From the NCBI GenBank assembly GCA_964187785.1, contig OZ076409.1, positions 29,452,001-29,516,000 on the forward strand: a stretch of 64,000 nucleotides of DNA. The letters run 5' to 3'. Both the position numbers and the translations under genes were made by a program. The number at the start of each line of letters is the position of its first letter. Positions within the stretch are counted from its first letter, which is position 1. Of the stretch, positions 1-13,300 are shown piece by piece. Source of the DNA: Amphiscolops sp. MND2022. Its lineage: Eukaryota. Below the pieces are notes generated by a model. That model was not told the origin of the DNA. It searched no databases and saw only the letters and a program-made list of their open reading frames with translations.

Positions 1-1500
1 CAAACAGGCGTGCTGCACCGTTCGTTCTTTGATTTTCGAAAGTTTGGGATTCTCTAATTTATAAAAATTTTCGACGTTTAGTAGTTTTTGACATTTTTTG
101 TGTCAAATTGAAAAATTTTTTGTCAAGAACTTAAGTTGTCTCCTGCCAAAACCATACTGGACGACGAAATATCCCCTTCTTGGACAGTTTCAACATTCCG
201 GTCCATGAAGTCAAAAGATAATTTGACAAAAATTGAACAAAAAGGATTGAATAAAAAAGGAATAAAAATTGTGATTAATTGGAATTTTTTTTCGGTGTCA
301 ATTCGAGAGATTTTTAATTGAAAAACTGCATTTTCTCTCCACGAGGCCTACTGGACAAACAATTCTTTCCTTGTTGACCTGTTTAACATTTTAAACTTCA
401 AAGTCTGCCAAAAACGTGACAAAACTGCATGAAAACTATGAGAACTAGAAAAATTTAGAGTTTTTTTCTGTTTCGATGCAATTTGATATATTTTTCACCA
501 AGAAAACTGCAATTATTTCAACCTAAAGGTCTACTGAAAAACGAGTTCTTGCCTTGTTGAACGTTTCCATTGTTCTAATTCATGAAGTCTTTCAAAAATT
601 TGACAAAAGTTGCATAAAAGTTTAAAAAATCAGAGTTTTTTGATGTTTTCAGTCGGCGCCTTTTCCATCAAGGAAAAAAGCCCGACTATTACAGAGAGTA
701 GTTTTTTTCAGTTGACAATCTCACTCTGAGTGGTCCACTTTTCTTACATTTTGTTCATTTGTTCAACTTCGACAAATTTTCTTCCACCAAGCCGGAGAGT
801 GTGGGTTCGATTCTCGCACTAAACCATAATTTTTTTATGCTTCCAAAAGTACAGCTGAGACCAAAGGGTGCCCCGTTTGGGTTTTTTTCGACACTATGCG
901 ACTTTTTTTGAAAATTTTCGAATTTTATCAAAGGGTACCCTCTTGCATTTTTTGAAGTTTTCAGTTTGTAAAAAACGTTTAATGGTTCTAAATGACCTCT
1001 TTTTGGGTTTTTCGGCATTGTGCGACATTTTTTACCATATACTTTTTTTGAAGAAAAAAATTTCTCCAAATGGTTCCAATAGTTGTTCCTTGAATATTTT
1101 TGAGCCCTAGATATGGTACCGACTTGGGACGTTCCGGTCTTGTTGATTTCGGTCGCAATGTGAGGCATTTTCCGAATGAAAATTTTTATTTTTTTACTCC
1201 AAAGAAGCCTCCTGAACAACACTTTTTTTCCAGTCTGGACGTTTCAAACTTTCTAACCTACGAAGATTTTCGAAAATATAACAAAAACGGCATGAAAACA
1301 TTAAAAATTGGGAAATTTTGGAATTTTGTCGTTTTTGGGGTTCTTTTGGTCTCAAGAAAAAAGTCCAAAAATCCCTCTAAATACATATCGCACGAAGCGA
1401 AGCTAAATTTATGTGAGTTGAACTCTGTCGGTGACACCCTTGAATTTGATTATAACTTGGGAATATGGCCAATTTTGTGAAATGGACGCTAATGAGTTAA
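1..1500. repeat. Right part of a probable non-autonomous DNA transposon with ~185-bp internal repeats, ending in AATGAG|TTAA
   Basis: TACTG.A...CTT.TTG...GTTT...ATT units near 155, 350 and 532; TTAA-flanked end at 1497-1500 resembles piggyBac-type termini; other end not in window. Confidence 0.4.
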
Positions 1501-2012
1501 ATATTTTCCTTTCCCACATGGAATATGGACGGAAAATAAAAAAACGAGTCACTGTAAGAGTCGAAAGTTTTTTGTTTCACAGAAAGCACCGGCACAAAAA
1601 GAACTAACCATAATTACAACCAGCGAAACTTCCTAGTTTTTAATTTCCGCAAAATTTTCGTGGAACTTTGAGAGCAGGTTGAAAGAGCCAAATAGATTGT
1701 GAAAATTCAAGCCATTTTCACGAGGGTTTTGAGAGTTTCAAGAACATTTGGGTTTTTCAACGAGGGTTTGAAGATGAAACTAAGGCTCTGAAGGAAATTA
1801 GATGGTCAGGAAAAAGTTTTCAGGTACCTCGGAAGGTCTTTTAAACAATGGGACATTTGTTAAAGGTCTAGTAAAAACATCTTTTGAAACTGTCCTTTAC
1901 ATGTAAATTTATGGTCAATTCAGTTTCAAAAGCATGAACGTTTTTTTTCAAAGTAAAAAACATAATTTATAAAGAAACCTTTATATCAAAAGTTCCCCTC
2001 AGTTTCTCTAAC

Positions 2013-2307
2013 CAGGTATGATTTGTGGCGATTTGAAGGTCCACAGGAGTATAAGAATCACAAAGATTATCAGGACCATCTTCTCTTCAGCGGAAACTGG
2101 TCCAAGTTGCTGATATCGATCACTGATTCTAGACTCGATTCGATTACTGGTTGGGTTTTTTACAGTTGCTTCTGCTTTGTTTTTCCTTCGTTTTAACGAA
2201 GGCAACGGAAGGTGAATGGCACATAACACCGCCCATGTGAATGTCAAACAGATGATTGACTCCGGTAAAGCGTAAAATAAAAACGTCGCGAAATTGAAGC
2301 CAGTTTT
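2013..2307 (-). CDS. SLC13 exon 5; the gene should continue to the left, probably beyond the window
   Basis: KTGFNFATFLFYALPESIICLTFTWAVL...YQQLGPVSAEEKMVLIIFVILILLWTFKSPQIIPG; acceptor TTTCAG, donor GTTAGA (phase 0/1). Confidence 0.9.
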
Positions 2308-2646
2308 CTGAAATTAGATAGAATATGAAAGAAAGTATTCCATTGCAGTTATGTCGGCATTCGACAAAAACCTTCTTTACTGCATGAAGTTATCTACTCA
2401 TCGTGATGACAGAAAATACCGTGACAACGCACAATTTCATTTTTTTATTCACTAAAACTTTTAGCTGGACCAATTTATTCCAGTGGATCATAATCGGGGA
2501 TGTTTCAAATATTATTCGTCGCAAACTGATGAAACTGGGGTAAAAACTTTATAGGATGCAGTGTATACTAGTGCCTCTATTAATCAAAACATTTTTTCAT
2601 GACTCAAGCGCATTAGTCTTCAAGTTTCTTTTCAGATAAAACACAA

Positions 2647-3660
2647 TCAAGATAAAAATGGTAAATTAAAAAAAATAGGGTTAAAATTAATGTTGAGACT
2701 AGTGTTTTTTCTGGTCCCGTTTAAAGCATCAGCATCGCTGATCGATACGTCTGAAAATCCTCCCTGAGTGTCGATCCTAGAATTGGAGCAACCTCGTTCC
2801 AGCGAGGAGTTTGACAGGTTGTCGACCTTGGAAGACAAGTTTTTTATTAGACAGTGGATTTCTCTATGGCTATGTTTGGTATCTCTTAGTCTCTTAATCA
2901 TCCTGTTTTCCAAGTTTTTTGTGAAGTCCTCAAAATCGCATTCAGACAAGCAGGGTTTTTCTTCAGCTATTGAACTAGTAGTTTCGACCATTTCATGGTC
3001 ACTAGGTGGGTTCTTTCCCAGTTTTTTCTTCTGTGTTTTCTCCGGCATCTCTCAAAGGGGAAAATTCCAGAGGCAGATCACGATTTTAATTAAAGTATGG
3101 GTCCTCGAATCTGCACGAGATCCAGTCAGTCTGCTAAATATCAATTTTGGGAACAATGGTACTAATGAAATTCGAAATTCAGTCAATTATTAGACGTAAC
3201 AGTAAGTTGAAATAAGAGTAACAAAGTCAAAATCGTTGAACAAATTCAAGTTACAATGATATTGCAAGTTACTGCTTCTGAACACGATGGAAAATCTCTA
3301 TCACCTCTTTAATCCCGCGTCAGGTATTTATTCTTTGGGCTAGACACGCGGGAGAGATCCCGCGCGTGAACTTCACACCTTGTTCAACTTGGCGTCTTTC
3401 CGAGGCAAGGGGAAATCCAAATAATGTAGGCTTGCTCGGGATTCCGCGTTCATCTTCATCTCACTTTTAATGAAAAGTGGGAATCAACTTCCTGTCGAAG
3501 TCCCATTTTGCGTCCCTCTCTTCTTAATTCTCCGCCAATTCAGGACGCCGAATCAAAGATGGCATTTGTTAGTTTTGTCTTCCGGTGACAGTGATTTTGT
3601 CTGTATTCTTTCAAATCGTGGTTTACTCTAGCCCGCAAGAGTGAGCGTAGGCCTCCTTTT
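2647..3660 (-). other. Possible 5' fragment of a LINE (GC-richer leader plus start of a coiled-coil ORF1)
   Basis: ORF 2647-3048 has a basic N-terminus and heptad-like LIKNLSSKVDNL; upstream GCCATCTTTG (YY1-like) near 3555. No diagnostic domain seen. Confidence 0.3.
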
Positions 3661-4229
3661 GCATTAAAAATTCCAGTGTCATGTAAAAATTGCATAAAAA
3701 TTGATACTTGAAACATTTTCCAGAAACAAAGTCTTCTCAGAATTCGAAGGACGTTTGATTGTTTTTTTTAAGGAGGCGATCCCATTTTTTCAACGAATTA
3801 TGAGCATTTTTCCACAAAGTTGCCACAAACAATGGTGTTTTTTGCGATCATCTGATTGTAGCAGTTTTCAACATTTAAATATGTGTCAACATTGATTGCA
3901 GAGCTGTTTTTGCTTTCTCATAGCAAAACTGAGATAGGAATCACTGGTAAATACCACTTGGTGGCCCATAAAAACGATACATAGTGCTTTTCGCTCAAAT
4001 CAAGAACAGAGTATGAGTAGATAAAGCTTGAAAAAGCGTCTCAAAACGAAATCTGAGTGTGTCTGCTCTGAGCTGGCATCCAAAAGTGTGTTTAGGACTA
4101 TGGTTAGGTAAAGTAGTCAGAGATCAAATTTGATTGAACAAAAGTCGAACAATAATTTTTAGAGACTGACACTTCAGTAGTGTGCACAATATTTTTGTTC
4201 AATTTCAGGTCACGTAGTTCGCTTTCACT

Positions 4230-5720
4230 TATAAACATAGGCGTGACGACATGTCGCGCTTGGCCTCTCAGATCAAGAAAATTTGATGAAAGAACCAAAA
4301 GATGAATGAAAAAAAGTTTTTGAAGAATGAAAGTAAATTTTTAATTACGGAAACGTTGATAGTACAAAAACTAGCCTACATCCTTGTCTTACTCGGTGAG
4401 GGAGAATGGTTTTCGTATCTATTTTCAGTTCTGAGAAAAATCAGTTACAAATTAGGAAAAAAAATTGGAAAGTTTCAAACTTTTTCTTCATCCCTTTTTT
4501 TCGCCCAAAAAAACCAGAACGAAAAAAGTTCGACGACACGTAGGTTTGAACGTAGCCAACAGAGCCCTCGTAGAAATTACGAAACCATGGACTCCGTATT
4601 TGTTCCCGGTTCAGAGATATAGGGGATCAAAGATGAAAAACACTCAAAAGTTGCGTTTTTTCAAAAGTTGCAAAACACCATGAAGCCGAAACTTTTTGAT
4701 TTTTTCAGCGAAAATGTAGCCTAGGATCTTGCGCAATTTTTAGTTAGCGAAAACATGGAATCCATATCTACTATCGGTTTTGAGAAATTTGCGTCACAAA
4801 TTTGAAAAGTTGGCATATTTCACGAAATCTGCGAAAAAAACAGGCACGACGGCATTTCGCGCTTGGCTTCGAGCAGAAACGTTCAATGGTCCGAAGAAGG
4901 TGCTACAAAATGAATATATACCAGGACACAAAACCTAGTGAACACATCTAGTTTCAGATCAGGATATTTTGATGAAAGGACTAAAAAAATGAATGAAATT
5001 TCTTTTTAGAAAATTGAAGAAATGTATTTTTGACAGAAACCCGAAGGCGTCATACTTCATGACAGAAACTCTGAAAGTACAAAAAATAGCCTACATCCTT
5101 GCCTCACTTTGTGAGGGAAAATGGTTTTCGTATTTATTTTCAGTTCTAAGAAAAATCAGCTACAATTTGGAAAAAAAATGAAAAAATTTCTGAAAAATTT
5201 TTCTATTACTTTATTTGTTCAAAAAAACCAGAGCCAAAAAAATTCCGACGTCATTTTTCACCTAAAACGTAGAATACATAAGCCTCGTAAAATTAACGAA
5301 ACCATGAACCCCTTATTTGGTCTCGGTCATGAGATATAGGTGCTCAAGTGAAAAAGAACCATTTTTTTTAATTTGAAGTATTTTTTGCAAAAAAACGAAG
5401 GCGTCACGCTTGATGACGGAAACTTTGGTGGTCCAAGAAGTAACCTACATCCATGCTGATTTTCTCGAAAGAGAATGCTTTCTGTATCTTTCATATCAGT
5501 TTTGAGAAAAATGAGCTACGAATGTGAAAAAAAATTCGACATTTTTTCCACCTTTTTTGCCCAAAAAACTCATGAAGCCGAATTTTTTCGAATTTTGTTG
5601 CGGCATAGGATCCTGCGCAACTTTTAGCGAAAACATGGTGTCCATATCTATTCTGGGTTTTGAGAAATTTGCCTCACAAATTTGAAAAGTTGGCACATGT
5701 CACGAAATCTGCGTAAAAAA
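4230..5720. repeat. Degenerate complex repeat array (2-3 diverged copies of 150-250 bp modules)
   Basis: CCTACATCC...GGTTTTCGTAT..TTTTCAGTTCT.AGAAAAATCAG near 4375, 5090 and (diverged) 5445; ATGAAGCCGAA...GCGAAAACATGG...CACGAAATCTGCG near 4680 and 5571. Confidence 0.75.
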
Positions 5721-6192
5721 ACGTCACCATATGGGAATCTCGCAAAGCTCGAGCCCCAATAACTTTTTCGTGTAGAATGTGACACATCAAAAATTTAAAA
5801 TCGAAAATTGAACATAACAAATTCACAGAAACAGAACTGACCCTGTTTCTTCTCATGTTCTAAGTTTTTATTTTAAAAAAATAAAAACAAAAAAGCCTTG
5901 TGAATAATACTGTAACAAAATAGACGTTTGAGAAATACATCGAAATTCAAATTTAATATTTGAAAATGCCGGTATAATGGATGAAATACCGAGAAGGCAT
6001 GCTGATCAAAATGGGTTACGTTTATTCCAAATAGTTTTGATACGTATTGTTCAGGAAGCCGGAAATAAAGATTCGTCGCCTCTTTCGAAGCTAAACTTTT
6101 TGAAACACGTCTGAAGTACCTCACAATTTTTTTGAGTTTTTTTAGATGAATGAAAGGCGTTAACAAAAGTGATATCGAATTTGTATACTAAC

Positions 6193-6385
6193 TGTTCCAT
6201 ATCGTTCCCTCAAATTTCCCTCCAAAAGGACATTGGGTGCCGTTCCCGTTAGGGTGGCAGTTCCTCCGATGTTGCAAGAGTAAGCTATTGACAAAAACAA
6301 TGCTTTCTTGAGCTTCTGGTGCTTTTTAAACTCAACAGACGTCCCTGAAACTGAACTTGCAGAGCCAACTCCTGATTCGTCTAGA
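6193..6385 (-). CDS. SLC13 exon 4
   Basis: KALFLSIAYSCNIGGTATLTGTAPNVLL is a conserved SLC13 motif; acceptor TTTCAG, donor GTTAGT (phase 2/0). Confidence 0.92.
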
Positions 6386-6905
6386 CTGAAATTAAATTTG
6401 ACGTTTAGGTATTCAATCCGAATACTGCTTTTACTATGCTTCCGGATAGAATCTGCAGTAATTTCATTCAAAATGAAGCCTAATTAGCTAAATACTGGCA
6501 TGAAAATTTCCATGATTTCATATGATAATATTGATTTTCAATGTTAAAACTGTTGTAAAACGTCTCGAAACAAATCGAATGGTTGAAAATGCTCACAAAA
6601 GCCAAAAGCAAACCCAACTGAGAGTAAAACGGATGCTATCATGTCTTGAGGGGAGTCTGTCGACGCTGTAGTTCTTTACGAAGTACAGTTGTTCTTGAAT
6701 TTTGTGGCAAAGCGAACACCACTTCAAATACGCACTTCAGAAAACGTGATTTTTAAACTCGATACCAGAAACATGAATCAAAACCTTGATTTATAGCAGA
6801 TCAAGATTCAAAAGACAGATTAGAGGTCAAGAAAGTATCGATTTTGAGTATTACTTGTATGTACTTTTGGTTGATGACAAAGAAAACAATGAAAGTCATG
6901 CTTCT

Positions 6906-7353
6906 GATCAGAGGTGTGATAGCGATAGCGGTAGTGTTAGCGACAATTTAGCATGAATTAGCGATAGCGATAATTAGCGACAAATTAAATCGTTAGCGAA
7001 CATTTTTATTCCCTAAAAGAATTCAAAATCAACTTATGTAATAATTTAATGCGAATAACTTGACACATCATATTGGCTGTGGCTTGGCTTTTATTTTCTT
7101 TCGAACGGTTATTCAGTGTGCCCGGCAATGTGCAGAAGCCAAGGCGAACTAGATTTTGCCCAAAAAATTTTCAAAAATTTGTTACTTTCAGAATACAATT
7201 CTGAATTTTTTAAATGAATATCTTGAAAATCAGATTTTCTAATTAGCGATAGCATTAGCGATTAGCGAACCCATTTTGTTGTAGCGAAAAGCGATGAAAT
7301 CAAGCCATTAGCGATGTTCGCGATTAGCGATAAAAGTGTCAGAAGTTCTGATC
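6906..7353. repeat. Small MITE-like element with TTAGCGA subterminal repeats
   Basis: GATCAGA...TCTGATC ends; clusters of TAGCGA near both ends. Confidence 0.5.
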
Positions 7354-7863
7354 CTATTGTCACGTTCCCATACAAAACAAGCTGACCGAATATTGGTCAT
7401 TCATGTTTATGATAGCCCCTTGACCATTGACTGCAGGCATAAAGGGTTCAGTCTACAGTTTGTTTGGTTCGACATAAAGCAGACACTGATCACAATTTTG
7501 GTTAACCCTCGGTTAATGCGACAATTTTGAGCTCAAAGTCTAAACCAATATCACAGACGCCAATTGCTGGTCTCACTGCTTTATATTTATCTCTAATGAA
7601 GCATAGTATCTCTAAAATGTGTCCATTCTACCTCCAACTCAAAAGACTTTGTTTGAATTTCTTGTCACTTCTTGGGTGTTTCATAAAAACTCTGAACTAG
7701 AGTATGATACCAGGCTGACCATTTAATGGTCTATATAATTCATTGCAACATGATTCTGGTAAAATCATTGATGAAAATTTGTGGATTTGCATGGTGCTAT
7801 ATTATTATGAAAAAATGTCCGGTCGGGCAACCCAGATCTACTGAATACTGGAAAATCTCTAAC

Positions 7864-8149
7864 GGAAGAAATTTAGTATCATCTGCCATCATCGAAGTGG
7901 TTGTCGACTTCTGACTTGATGCATTGAGCTCTGAGCATCCAGTTACTACAAGAAGAGCCAAATTTTCTTTTGAGATACTGAAAACGTGTTCATTCTGTTT
8001 TGAATCGAACTCTTCTGCTACTGCGATGGCAATTGGCATCAGCATTGCTGCAGTGGCGGCATTGCTCAGCCACATAGACAAAAACCAGCCAATCAGCATG
8101 AAGCCCAAGATAATCATCTTCGGATTGCTTCCAAACAGGGTCAACGTTC
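7864..8149 (-). CDS. SLC13 exon 3 (first SNT-type hairpin motif)
   Basis: GTLTLFGSNPKMIILGFMLIGWFLSMWLSNAATAAMLMPIA continues RIAL of exon 2 in frame; acceptor CCCCAG at 8150. The donor (CC|GTTAGA) is inferred from the phase-2 requirement of the next exon, so the 3' boundary is less certain. Confidence 0.85.
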
Positions 8150-8454
8150 CTGGGGATATCAAACGTGAAGTTACTGTTCATGATAGCTTATGATTTTTAA
8201 GCAGTTTGCCTAAACATTCATTTTAGAACGTTGTTCAAAACTCAGAAGATTGCGTTTTTTACCTTTACACCCAGGTTGGCCCTTACAGCGTTATCACACT
8301 CATCGTAATAACATCGTAGAACGATCGTGACAATCATAGACCTCATGCTACGAATCGTACTACGAAAGGCATGTTCTCTGAAATTCCTGTGCAATAAAAA
8401 AATGAAGAGCAACAAATTGTTGAATTTTTGAATTCCCCGTACTGACAAAAATTT

Positions 8455-8760
8455 GAATTCCAGGACTGCCAAGGATTCCCATGGACTGGAAAAGACTTCT
8501 CAAGTTCTGGACCAGTCCTTACATGTGTCACTTTTAGCCTTACAAGTCCTGGACCAGTCCTTACCAGTCCTGGGCAATCCTGGAGATACGCTGCCAAGGA
8601 CTGGAACATGGAAAAATCCAACACCGATTGGAATCTTTGAGTTATTCTGTCGAAGACTTGGAATCCATGAGTTGTCCTGGCAAGGACCTAAGTCCAGTTC
8701 ACTGGAGTGTCAATACGGGCAACTCGGATTACATGATTGCGACGACTTCTCCAGCAGTCG
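8455..8760. repeat. Short-motif repeat cluster (CCTGG/CCAGG, GGACCAGTCC), MITE-like
   Basis: CTGGACCAGTCCTTAC twice, CTGCCAAGGA twice, multiple short palindromes. Confidence 0.55.
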
Positions 8761-9145
8761 CGTCTAGCAATAAAACCTGAAAACATGTGGGGCTAGGGGT
8801 TCTGAAGTTAATTCAATGTTTTTTGGTTTAATTGTTCAAGATTTCAGTTCAAAAAGTAATTAAATATTTTGATGATTTTTGTTCCCCTTCCTAAGAATAG
8901 GGTTCAAAGGGAATAAGATCTAAAATTTTAGATCTTATTCCCCTTTTCAAAGTTGATTTTAGATCTTATTCCAATTTTCGAAATTCAGGAATCTCATTCT
9001 TTAGACCCTATTTCTCCCTCCACTGGAATAAGATCTGAAGAGACTCACTATTTTAGATCTAATTCCCCTTCTCCGCGAAAAGCTCATTTTCTATCATTAT
9101 ATCCGGTACTATTGCGCCCAGACAAAGTCTCGACTATGGGAATAG

Positions 9146-9857
9146 TGTAAAGTCAAGCAAGTAACGCACATACCAGAACTGGGACAATACTTAGGTTGCC
9201 TAGACAGGAGACCATAGTCCTATAACAAGCCTAAATACCAGTTTTTCGTCCCTAAAGGTCTCCTAGGGACTTTTCCAAAACACCGTGGAGACTCCTCTTA
9301 TCAGAGCTCCGTGGCGACGTGCCGGCACACTCAAAATCCGGACACGTCCCACAAGCATGTAAAAACGTTCCTAAAGACTTCCTGCGGTCCTTCATACTCC
9401 CGAGGTCCGAAAACAGGGTTCTAGCTGAAATGCATTCTATTTCAGAAAATAACGTCTAAATACTCCATTACAAGGATCTGGCAGATCCGACATCATCATA
9501 AATCTGTAAATCAATACTAATGACATCAGAATTATTCAAGATTGGCACTTCTGGCATGTTTCCATTGAATTCGCGATTCTCTTCATCTTCTTTGCTGTGG
9601 GATATCTGGATCTCAGAACGTTTTTGTATTAAAAACGCACTTTTCTGGGGAGATGACACAAATCCGAGCATTTTTCTTGTTCTTCCACATCGTGTCAGTG
9701 TCTTCTCTTCTTTTCTGGGTCGGGGTGGGGGGTCTCTTTTTTTGTGCTTCCTTTTTGATTTCAACGACCTGCCAGGTCGGCCATTTTGATTCGCACACTT
9801 TCTGGTCCTTGATCGAATTTTTCATCGAAAATTTGGTGCTGACTGGTGGACGTTACA
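9146..9857 (-). repeat. 3' LTR of element 1 (712 bp)
   Basis: TGTAAAGTC...GACGTTACA; differs from 27366-28077 by 7 substitutions and no indels on manual comparison. Confidence 0.96.
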
Positions 9858-9869
9858 TCCTCCCCGGGC
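9858..9869 (-). other. Polypurine tract of element 1
   Basis: Minus strand GCCCGGGGAGGA directly abuts TGTAACG of the 3' LTR; nearly the same motif abuts the LTR of element 2. Confidence 0.75.
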
Positions 9870-10374
9870 CACTGTTTGTCGTCCTCGGCAAACGGAGAAG
9901 GATGCATCACTACTTACAAATGGTTTTAGCAACGTGATTTTCAGTTTTTCTCTTAGATCTTACTACTTCAAAGTTTCGATTTAGCACTTTTCATTTTAGC
10001 ACTTTTTGATCATTCTGGGACAATAAAAATCAGTTTCTTTAAAAACTCTTACCATTCATTCCAAGCTAGTTTAAAAGTTCTTTTAAGGGTGGTTGCACTT
10101 TTGCGACACTTACCCAGAGAAGCGGAGAGGTTTTTACTAAAACTTTAATTGCACTTGTTTTGGCAGTTAGGCAGGCACCAAGCTGGGACCTACCCACCGG
10201 GTAGTTACACTAGCAAAATAATGTTAATACTTTGTTAACTAAAATAGCACTTATTGTTTTGATAACTGCTGAGGCGTAATACGTTTTTGGTTAGTTTGGT
10301 TTGATTAGCCAAGTTCAGTACTCGTTTCATTCATGGCCAGTGTCATCCATAGTAGTATCGTCATCTTGCAGCAC

Positions 10375-13300
10375 TTACTTTAATGATACGGCCAATACTT
10401 CCGATGACGTCAGGTCTTGCTGACTCAAGCTAGGTAGTTCGTTCAATTTTAATTCGATATCGGCTGCTAGTGTTCTCGTCAACGACGTGGGCGTGACTTC
10501 CAAAGCTTCTAGCGGCACTGTCTGATCATTGGAAGTAGCATTGGTGGTGTTGACTGTGGTTGGGTTAGCTGTTTCAGGGTCATGGATGGATACATCGGTG
10601 TTGGTTGGTGCTGCAGCTATTGCAATGCTGATTCGACTTGAGGTTGACACCACGGAAGTTGATGTATTTTCAGCAGTAGAAACCTCCTTGTGCCCTGCTG
10701 CCTGTCTCATTGAGGTCGAGCCCGCTGGGCTTAGTTCTGGCAGCTGGTCTGCGAGGTCTTGGCGTCCATATCGGAAAAATATTTCCTTGAAAGTCCCTAT
10801 TGCATTTGAATAAGTGTCATATACGGTATTTCCTTCGTCTCTCTGCTTGGTTATCAGACTCATGAAGATTTCCATGGCCATTCTTGGATTGATCGGCATC
10901 TCTTCATTCAGGAGCAAGGTCCTTCTATTGGGTTCTCTTGCGATTTTCGGAACTGTCGCCTTCAGAATTTGAAATCCTTGGTAGATCATTCTGTCCACCA
11001 TCGGCGGGTCTGCCCAATGCGTAGTGTCAGACAGGATTTTGGCTGTATCGGCTTGCGGTGTCACTCGAGTGTTGTACATTCGGGATACATCTTGTATTAC
11101 TCGATGCTGGAGTCTTTCTGGTGTGGAGCCTTTTCTTCGTCCACCCAGGCGTCGTTCCGCATTGGTTAGTACTCGGCGAATACCTGGCTCATCCCAGCTG
11201 GCAAAGCCTTGCAATGCTCCAGTGCTGGGTTCTACAGGAGCGTGCAACCATTCTACTGGATGAAGTTCTAGCGACATAGGAACAACGCACCGCGCTCTGG
11301 CTCGGATCAGGACACTGAAATTGTATTCGATCTGTTTCTTGTCTTTAATAATCGTGTATGCCATTGGTGGTCGGAAGTTGGCAACGTTGCGCACTAGCAT
11401 TTGAAAATCCGGTTGTCTGGCGTCGTCTTCAGGGTCCACGAAATGCAGAATAGATAATGTAGGTGCTTTTGCGGCAACTCTAAGCGGCTGTGTAGGGTAT
11501 CTCAGGGCCATCATTGAACCGAATATAGGCCAGACTATGGGTGCGATCATGGGGACTAGATCTTCAGTTTCTACCAACATGAGGCTGGCTATCTGCGACG
11601 GGAATAGGAAACCTGCAGGTTATTGCTATTGGGTTTTTGACTCAGCGAGTCGTCTAAAGTGCTCATCACACCAGAGACATTGACCCAGGCTGAGTAAACC
11701 CAAGCCAATAGTGTTTCGATAATCTCGGCGAGCTGGGCGCGCAACTTCAAAGCGCCTGCAGGGTCCAAGATGTTTAGAATGGCGGTAATCCAATTCCGCT
11801 GGTTCTTGGTGAATATGAGAAAACTGAGTAGACAGGAGTTGGCTTTAGCTAGGACCAATCTCTGCACCAGGTGCACTGGGCCCTTGTAGACGTCCCCTAG
11901 ACCAACGGCCATCAGGTAGGCCAGGATCTCAGCAATTGTGGCCCTCTGCATTGCTTCTACATACAGTCTAACTTGCTGCTCATCTAAGCTGCCTTCACGC
12001 TGCACCATCGTTGGTACCCAAAATGGCGAGATATTATACAAGAATATGGGGAAGGGAATTCCATGGCTTTCTGCTGTTTCATTCAAGGTCACGTGCAGCG
12101 TCTCATGCCAAGATTGGTAAGAATGCTCTGGGTTCATTCGGTTTTCTTGCGCTGTCTTCTGAGCTAATACTGTTAACAATACCAGGGTGGGGGAAACCAT
12201 GTTGGGCTTTGCGTCGATCGCTTGTCTCGCCACTGGAAAAACGGTCGCGTCGGTCCGAGTTTGTTTTATTCCTTCTGTCTTCTTGAAGAGAGCTAGCAGC
12301 TCTTTGTGGAATTTAGCGTTGTGCGTCCTCTCATCTAGCGTTGACTCATCTCCCCTTTCAAACCATCCGTTGTCAATCATGTTTGCCCGTTCCTTTTCAT
12401 TAGGCTCCTTGACTCGGCGTACCCCATTCTCATCAAAGGAGCGGTGCGCCATTTGCATGCCAAAGTCAAAGGCAGTAGCATCATCGGCCAACAACTGAAC
12501 GTTGCCCTCGTATCCGGTACAAGCCTGCAAGGCTTTCGAGATTTCCGCCAAAAATGCAGAATAAGAGTTCTCGCCCGGACGCCAGGTTGTGGCACTCACT
12601 CTCAGGTTCGGTGCTATTATGTAGAATGACAAATTCTGTGAGTAGGATGCTTCTGATACTAGATACAACAGTTGCTGGAGTGGTTTAGGCAAGTATACGT
12701 ATCCCGGGGGCGACACAAAGACTACCCCTACGACGGGCTTCATTCGCTGCACCCGCCTGATCACATTCCTCATTGCTTCGACGTACACAACTACCTCTCC
12801 TGTCATCACTTCTTCCGTCAGTCTACGGTTGCCTCCTTCGAAGTGTTTCAGCGTTCCTCGAAGAGCCAAGTGGTCAATCATATTGCTATATATCAGGATC
12901 GGAGGGAATGGAATTGTCTCTGCGTGGTTGACGGTGGGACCGAAGACCTTGCAGGTCACCTCGGCCATTTCCTCTAGCGATGTGCAGGGCAAGTTCATCA
13001 CGCGAACATCCATCAGGGTGTTGTTCATGTTCGCCGTTGCTTTCATCGTAGAGTCCATGAACAAAGCAATCCTTGTCTTTTGCAACACCTCTTTGCCCAT
13101 GGGGAGCAAGGTTGTTACGTCCCTCATGAAATCACGGCTTCTCGTCAGTTGGTCATCGTATCTTGCCGGTCGTTGTACGGCCAATTTTACTTTGGAGGGG
13201 AGTGGTCTCACCAATGATGACTTGTCTCTATGAAGATTCTCCCTTACTCTCTCGAACCAGGGAGGAATGCGGTCCAGGAGGAGTGTTGGCTTCTTTATGG

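Noticed and set aside
755..1480. ORFs of 126-155 aa at the window start as host genes
   Set aside because: K/F/N-rich translations of AT-rich repeat DNA with no recognisable motifs.
9468..9937. Short ORFs inside the LTRs (repeated at 27740-28100)
   Set aside because: Low-complexity, overlapping on both strands and one is broken in the second LTR; no domain evidence.
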